A DNA stretch of 54,998 nucleotides, counting the filler, from Sphacelaria rigidula (lineage: Eukaryota), in assembly GCA_964200075.2 (NCBI GenBank). It is 5 parts of 5 records of this genome, joined end to end, with 100 filler letters (N's around TTAATTAATTAA, not from the genome) between each part and the next. Parts side by side here need not be neighbours in the genome. Positions count along the whole stretch, not along the records: positions 44,081 to 54,998 come from CAXNAA020005679.1; 4 more parts are not named here. One strand, given 5' to 3'. A program made the position numbers and the translations under genes. The notes beneath the pieces were generated by a model, which did not search any database, was not told the origin of the DNA, and worked only from the letters and a program-made list of their open reading frames with translations. Below are positions 49,310-54,998 of the stretch, piece after piece. Position 1 is the first letter of the stretch, and every line of letters begins with the position of its first letter.

Positions 49310-49566
49310 GAGTCATCCTACGATAGGGGGGGGGGGGATATTTTGGGCCACTTCTTGCACGAAGTTTCAAGTCAAATCGTCCTTGAAAAGAGCAACGGAT
49401 GCTCGAACGAGCTTGTTACAGATATACAATATAACGCTCGTTCATACCGATTGACACCGTTTTGAACCAAATACAAGCGCACCGCGAGTGTGGCAGGTCG
49501 TCTGACACACTTTTGAGCCTCTTTTTTCGTGCAATCAGATGCCCCCCCCCTATCGTAGGATGGCTC
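49310..49566. mobile_element. Sola-like MITE, second copy, inserted in the other gypsy pol
   Basis: CGCG|GAGTCATCCTACGATAGGGGG ... CCCCCTATCGTAGGATGGCTC|GGCG (4-bp TSD, one mismatch). Removal restores the frame GFISAA-VETAAIG. Confidence 0.8.
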
Positions 49567-52289
49567 GGCGGCGCTGATGAAGCCGCTGAGCATGATCATT
49601 TGTCCGACCAAACGCAGCTTCCACTCTAGGGTGCTGTCGTATTCCCAAGCTATGTCACGGTAGCTGGGATAGTTGTGGGTGGACGGACAAGCGGGAGCAG
49701 CTAGGGAGGCGGTGGTTTCCGTCGTGGTCTTCAGGGCTACTAATATATCTTGAATGTGGTAGGAAGGATTTTCACTCGTCAGGAACGGGATCCACGGCGC
49801 CGCTGGCGAGGGGCAGAACCCTTTTTCTGGAGCGAAATCTATAATACTGCTGTTGTATCGGAAATAATCTGCACCTAAAATGAAGCCGTACGACAGGCCC
49901 TCCACTACTCGTACTGTTACATTACGGACCCGTGAGTCGAAGGTCAAATGCAAAGGCACAGTTACGGAACCGACTCTGCGCATTGGGGGGACCTTACTCT
50001 GGGATGGGTTAGCTGCACAGAAAACACCTGCCGCCTCAGGGTTTGGCGTATCGTCCATGATGTTGGCCTTGCGCAAGCTGCGCCACAACGCTCCTGACAT
50101 ATAGTTGCCACCTCCCGCTCCCGGAGACGCCGTCGTTGCCAGATCTCGTCCGTCATCCAAAATTGGCTTCCACGACGCTGGGATATTGTGGTGGCGCTGG
50201 GTCGGCGAAGGTTCCCCAGGTCAATTGCACCTGTGGTGCGTCTTCACCCCTCGAGTTTTGCCAGCGGCGGCCTCGCTCACGGATGCGCTCATCATATCCT
50301 CGACGTCGTCGTCATGGTCTTCACCGATGAGACCCAGGTCGATTGCTGCCAAGCATTGTGCCTCCGTGAGCGCGGCTAGCCGGCGTTGGGGAATAACCGT
50401 CTTGCGGCGGGCCGGTAGGCCGCTGTAGTGTGCGGCCGGGATGATGTCGTGCGTCCATGGACAAGGGGTGTTGCCCCGGTGACGGCATGAGCCGGTGAAT
50501 GCGTAACCGAAGCAGATTTTACGATCACGTAAGAAGGTGACCACTGCCTCACGTCCTGCCGCAATCGGCGGTATGGATGGCTCGGGAGTCGAGGCCGGAC
50601 CAACTGGCTGGGTGGATGCGGCGGATGTCGATGACGGCGAAGCGCTCCCAGACGGCGGTGCCGGGGGGTTTGTGCTGCAAATCTACCGCGCGGGGTGCGG
50701 CGGCATGGCCCGGAGTCGTGGCGCGAGGACCGGGGTTGATGGGTGTCGAACCTTGCTGCATGAAGGGGGGCGACTGTAGCAAGTTCCTTACTTCCTCAAG
50801 TGAACATAACCTGCCAGGTCCGGCGCCGCGGTTGATAGTACGCGTTTGGGGGCGAGCGTGACTGTCGTCGCTGTATGCCACGTTGCGGGCGCACACGATA
50901 CGTCTGAAGTCCTGGTAAAGACTCTTGGCTACGTCTCCCCTTCTTTGCATTGCTAACCCCATTGGATTGTGCCACTCGCTTCTCAGAGGCTGCAGCCTGG
51001 CCCAGATTACGTGTCTTTTCATGGAGGATCGATACTAGACCTAGCCTATCGACCGGGTTAGGTAAAACGACTCGGATAGTACGATCGTAAAGCTCGCTTA
51101 GCTGCCGGGCGGAGATGAATCGCCAGAAATACGTGGCTTCGGCACTGTATGGTCGGTCCGGGTTTGCTAAACTCGCGCGAAATACTAGCAACACCCGTTG
51201 CCCTCACGCACTCCACGACTCGTTGGGTCCTAAGATGATGGAGTCCAGTGCAGCTTGTATGAATTTAGTGGCCCCTTTCGTCATCACTTCTTCACGGACG
51301 AGGATCCGTAGCCAGTCGGTTATAGTAACGGATTCATGTGGGACGGTATCGGTTTTGCCCATGATACGATACACGTCTACTCGATCCGCTGCGGTTAGGG
51401 ACGTGAACGTACCACTAGTTTCTGCCAGCAACTCGATTAGGAGTTCGCGCCGGCGGGCGGAGTACTGATCTGTCTATGCTACCCACTCACCGTTGACGTA
51501 TTCATCCTCCGACAGTTTCAAGACTACCTGGTCTATTGCACGCAGCGTCGACCATATTTAGTGTTGCAGCACGGCAGCGCTGTTGATAACCGATAGTTCC
51601 CCCGCGCTTGGTCCTGCATACACTGGGCATGGTCGACCGCGCGTAATACGCCTACGTACCCGCTTGCTCACCTTCGCTAGCTGGTTAGATTTCAGACCTT
51701 GAACCGCAGCTCCAGCTGCTGCTCCTGGTGCTTCACCATCCCAGCGCCTTAGCCACCTGGCATCCGCCTGCTGATGGTACGCCCTGTGCTCCTTCCGGTG
51801 GTCGCGACATCCCGTATCAATGCCCATATTGATATATATATATATATAAAAAAATGGATTGTTGGCGGCAGAGGCTACCGACAGACGGCTCCCCAAATCT
51901 TTTGATGACGGTAATAGGTATTGATAGATAGCTCACCTAATCTATCGATGACGGCAAGGACTATCGATGGATGGCTCACCAAATCTATTGATAACGGCAA
52001 TGACTAGCAATGGATGGCTCACCAAACCTATTGATCACGGCAATGGCTATCGACATATGCATCCCAGCGTCTATTGCGGTACACGATGTCCATCGATGGT
52101 GGGTGATATTTACCTATTGTAATTGCCATAGGCTCTCGATCGACTATTGCAACATCTACTATTGCCCCTTGTAATACATATCAATAGATGTGTTTCACCA
52201 TCTATCGTGTGCGATAATATGTATCGATAGATTTTCCCCCGCGTCTATTGCTGAAGCAATGGACTATTATTGTGTCCATTGTCCAAGTG

Positions 52290-52842
52290 TGGAATTTTTG
52301 TTTGTTTTACTTCTCCACCTTCCATCTGCGACGCTTACCTTATCTTCCATCGCAAGAGGGGTGCAGCAGTCCCTTCCTCTCGTCGACCGTATAGTCGGTT
52401 TTTTGTGTACCCATTACATAGTCGCTCTCCACAGTTAACAACGTTTTCGTGAAATTGAGAATTGGAAAGACGATTGAGAGTGAAAAGCGGTCAATCAGTG
52501 AATAAACCGTCTCAGTTCCGAAATGCACCCCCGCCAGGCCCAATATTCTCTCTGTAGTAGCTTGCCACTGAGGCCCTCGATACCCCTGAGTAGGATATCA
52601 ACGTGTAACTGTGAGCACATGGCAGTGATGAGACGACGAAAAGCACACACGGAATGCAAAATTGGCCAAGTCAAAGCGGATGATCAAAGTCACTCTCAAT
52701 CCGCACCCAACTCTCGAATCTCACGAAAAACTTGTTAGTTGAGCATGGGGTGAGAAAATCCCGGATCGCTCCGAGATTTGAACACACAACCCAACCGTCA
52801 GAAGGTTTTGAGGATAACGACTGAGCCACCGGGGCGACCGAC
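52290..52842 (-). mobile_element. tRNA-derived SINE (head plus body) interrupted by a MITE
   Basis: Minus-strand A box TGGCTCAGTCG (52818-52828) and B-box-like GTTCAAATC (52775-52783). The body matches 2530-2770 and 10000-10268. Confidence 0.75.
52436..52737. mobile_element. MITE with about 30-bp TIRs; another end of this family lies at about 43926-43980
   Basis: TAACAACGTTTTCGTGAAATTGAGAATTGG ... CCAACTCTCGAATCTCACGAAAAACTTGTTA. Removal restores SINE sequence CTCCACAGTTGAGC. The TSD is GT or AGTT depending on where the boundary is placed. Confidence 0.7.
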
Positions 52843-53511
52843 TTCTATACTTCCCTTAATGCCAACGGAGTTGAGGAAGGACTGCAGAGTGATCCAGCAA
52901 GTGTGGGGCGGGGGGTGGGGAGGTCAGCGAACAAGCCACCATTTCTAGAGTCGTGCCCCTTCCTCGTATCATGTGCTGCCATATCCTTCGAGCGCAAACA
53001 CTGCTCCGGCTATACTTCAGCAACGACCTCCTCGGGCTAGTTAGGCCTTGATCTCTTGTTCTCCTATCTTCGCCAGTGATGCAACCTGCTATATGCTCGT
53101 TTTTTGTCCCTCATGCCACCTAGAGCGTAAAATTATACCACCAGTAATGCTCTAGTACGCTTTTATTTTAACTGCCAAAAACGTCGTCATGCTCCATTAT
53201 GCCCACCAGGAAGCAGGGATATGATAGGAATAAATGTTCCTCAGAGATCAGTGTCGCTCTTTTGCTGCTGATATTTCACTGTGGTTGGACCACTAAGGAG
53301 TGTATCCCGCATTAATTGCATGCGTTCTTGTACTCATCATTGCTTTACAGACGTAGATATGCAAACCTCCTCGCTGCCAAAATACTATCGTGACCCTCTG
53401 ATGTATTGCTACAGCAGTGCGACACAAGATGAACAATTGTCTTCCCAGCTCCAACATCCAGCATCCAACATCCGAGCTCGTGTGATACCGCAGTCAATGG
53501 TGCCCCCTTTC

Positions 53512-53547
<36 letters not shown>

Positions 53548-53899
53548 CCCATCTAGCCATGCACCATGCGCCTGCGCTGCTTTCAGACTACCCTTATTAT
53601 TACACCATCAGGTACAACAACACGACCACATGTTAACTGAGGCACAACGAGAGTTCCTGTTGCACTTCACCAACAACGATGTCTCTGTCATCTCGCCTGA
53701 GGGCAGACGCCTCGTGTTCGCAGTGATATCAATTAAGTGCGAGAATACGCGCCCGATCATGGCCGAACACGGCTGAATCAATGCAATGCACAGCCAATCA
53801 TCAAATCATGCTGGCCGGCCTCCCTTGTTGTCAGACCAGAAGATCGCATACTATTCCAGTGGTCAACATCCATTACATGGGGACGTGAACAAACTGAGC

Positions 53900-54330
53900 C
53901 GGGAGCGGTATAATGAAGCCCGAAACGTTCTTGTTGCCAGATATTGTTCCCAGCGGAGATCTATGCTATTTACCCGTAATTACTCATCGCCAATCTGTCA
54001 CTTGAGTGTTAACCAGCCGGATTCTGCCGGCACAAGAGATCACTACCCGTGTGAATTGGTGTGACCATGTACGCTTAGGACTGTTCCGATGTAAATACTA
54101 TGACTACGCGTCTCCGACTTAGGCACCTACTACTATGCATCCACTTCAATACGGCGTCTATCTTTCATACTGCCCTGTGGTACCGCTTCCTAGTAGGATG
54201 TACCGTCGGCCCGCTATCCTGGGCCGCGATGTCCTTCTCCAGCGCGCGCGCCCCGACTACCAAATCTACATCCCCTTTACACTACAGCGCCGGTGGTTGA
54301 CTGATCGTTGCACATGTAATGATCCTCGAT
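53900..54330 (+). mobile_element. Possible highly decayed gypsy protease fragment
   Basis: YCPVVPLPSRMYRRPAILGRDVL resembles YAHVVPDGTMNHYILVGRDGL of the scaffold-4 element. Confidence 0.3.
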
Positions 54331-54998
54331 GACTCCAGCCGCAGTCACAAGACAGACTTCTCCGAGGTAAATAAAACGAAAACAGTTGCTAAAGGACTAT
54401 CTCAAGAGGGAACGCCAAAATAAATGTTAAAGAGAGTGAATTGGAAAATCGAGAAACAATTCAAAGAAGAACAAAACAAAGACGAAATACGAGAGCACAA
54501 AACAATAAAATAAGGAAGGAAACTTGCTTCGGCCGAAATTATTTTATTTTCAAACCTCAAGCGTTCGGGTTCTTCTCTGCGCGATTCCTAATGCTGGACC
54601 GCTTCTATGATACAAGAACTACAGTATGTACGTTATTCCCCAGCGATGTCGTGTACAAAGGTACAGCGGGACCTCTAAACATGACCTGTATCGCTCAACA
54701 ACGGGAATCACCAGTCCACAGAATCGAAGGCATTCTCTGCAGCGTTTGTCGTGGGAACCATTACCGCGTGATATGACGTGACGCGTGTCAACGACCACTG
54801 CCACGATGAATAAAAACACGAAGACACCACAAAATGAAACAATTATGCAAAGAGTATGCTTGAGTGTCAGATTTCTCACAGGTCGTGAGACACCAATAGA
54901 CAGGAAAGTGACGCCCCAAGCACGCGCGGGCGGGAGGGAGGGGGGCGTACTCATTTGTTGCTTGCCTTAGTCGTGTGACCATTGACCACGCATCCCTT

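Larger units (their letters stand above)
44081..51830 (-). mobile_element. Decayed Ty3/gypsy LTR retrotransposon (gag with CCCH finger, protease, RT, RNase H, integrase with chromo-like and Tudor-like tail, about 1.1-kb 3' UTR)
   Basis: RT SPWAAQCLCVENKDGTLRLCID, LDVSSGFH, WLDD; RNase H LQTDVSEVGAGAVL, FTLVTD, HVLPDALSR; integrase H..HG..RFHWPTM..YVLSCSC, CDRGKEF, LLFGRKPR, RYTGPW. A purine-rich tract followed by TGT at the scaffold edge (44081-44105) suggests a PPT and the start of the 3' LTR. Confidence 0.93.

Noticed and set aside
36763-51830. The two gypsy elements as one element or as an inverted pair
   Set aside because: They are on different scaffolds and belong to different families (YIDD with CCHC versus WLDD with CCCH).
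52760-52842. Functional tRNA gene (also considered at 36326-36395 and 36612-36697)
   Set aside because: A/B boxes are present, but I could not fold a convincing cloverleaf, and the sequences run into repeat bodies, so they read as tRNA-derived heads.

Overview
This window is not one locus. It is five separate scaffolds of about 10.92 kb (1-10921, 11022-21942, 22043-32961, 33062-43980, 44081-54998), sorted by decreasing length and joined by artificial 100-nt spacers (N44-TTAATTAATTAA-N44), so adjacency across a spacer means nothing. The DNA is eukaryotic, intron-containing and very repeat-rich. A stramenopile, probably a brown alga, is my inference from the TTAGGG tracts, an eEF3 homolog and the gene and repeat style. 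Host genes: the first coding exon of an ARL8-like Arf-family GTPase (9160-9262); four 3' exons of a focadhesin/RST1-like gene (22279-30732); and an intronless, frameshifted eEF3 pseudogene (34507-36325, minus). There are two decayed Ty3/gypsy retrotransposons. The minus-strand one (scaffold 5) has a CCCH zinc finger in Gag, a WLDD reverse-transcriptase motif, and an integrase ending in chromo-like plus Tudor-like modules. The plus-strand one (scaffold 4) starts with a candidate LTR holding tRNA-type A/B boxes and a perfect 84-bp palindrome. The rest is tRNA-derived SINEs, several MITE families (Harbinger-like, Sola-like, TGT..ACA foldbacks carrying telomeric repeats) and several diverged copies of a decayed ORF I cannot identify. 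All calls were made by eye; no database searches were run.
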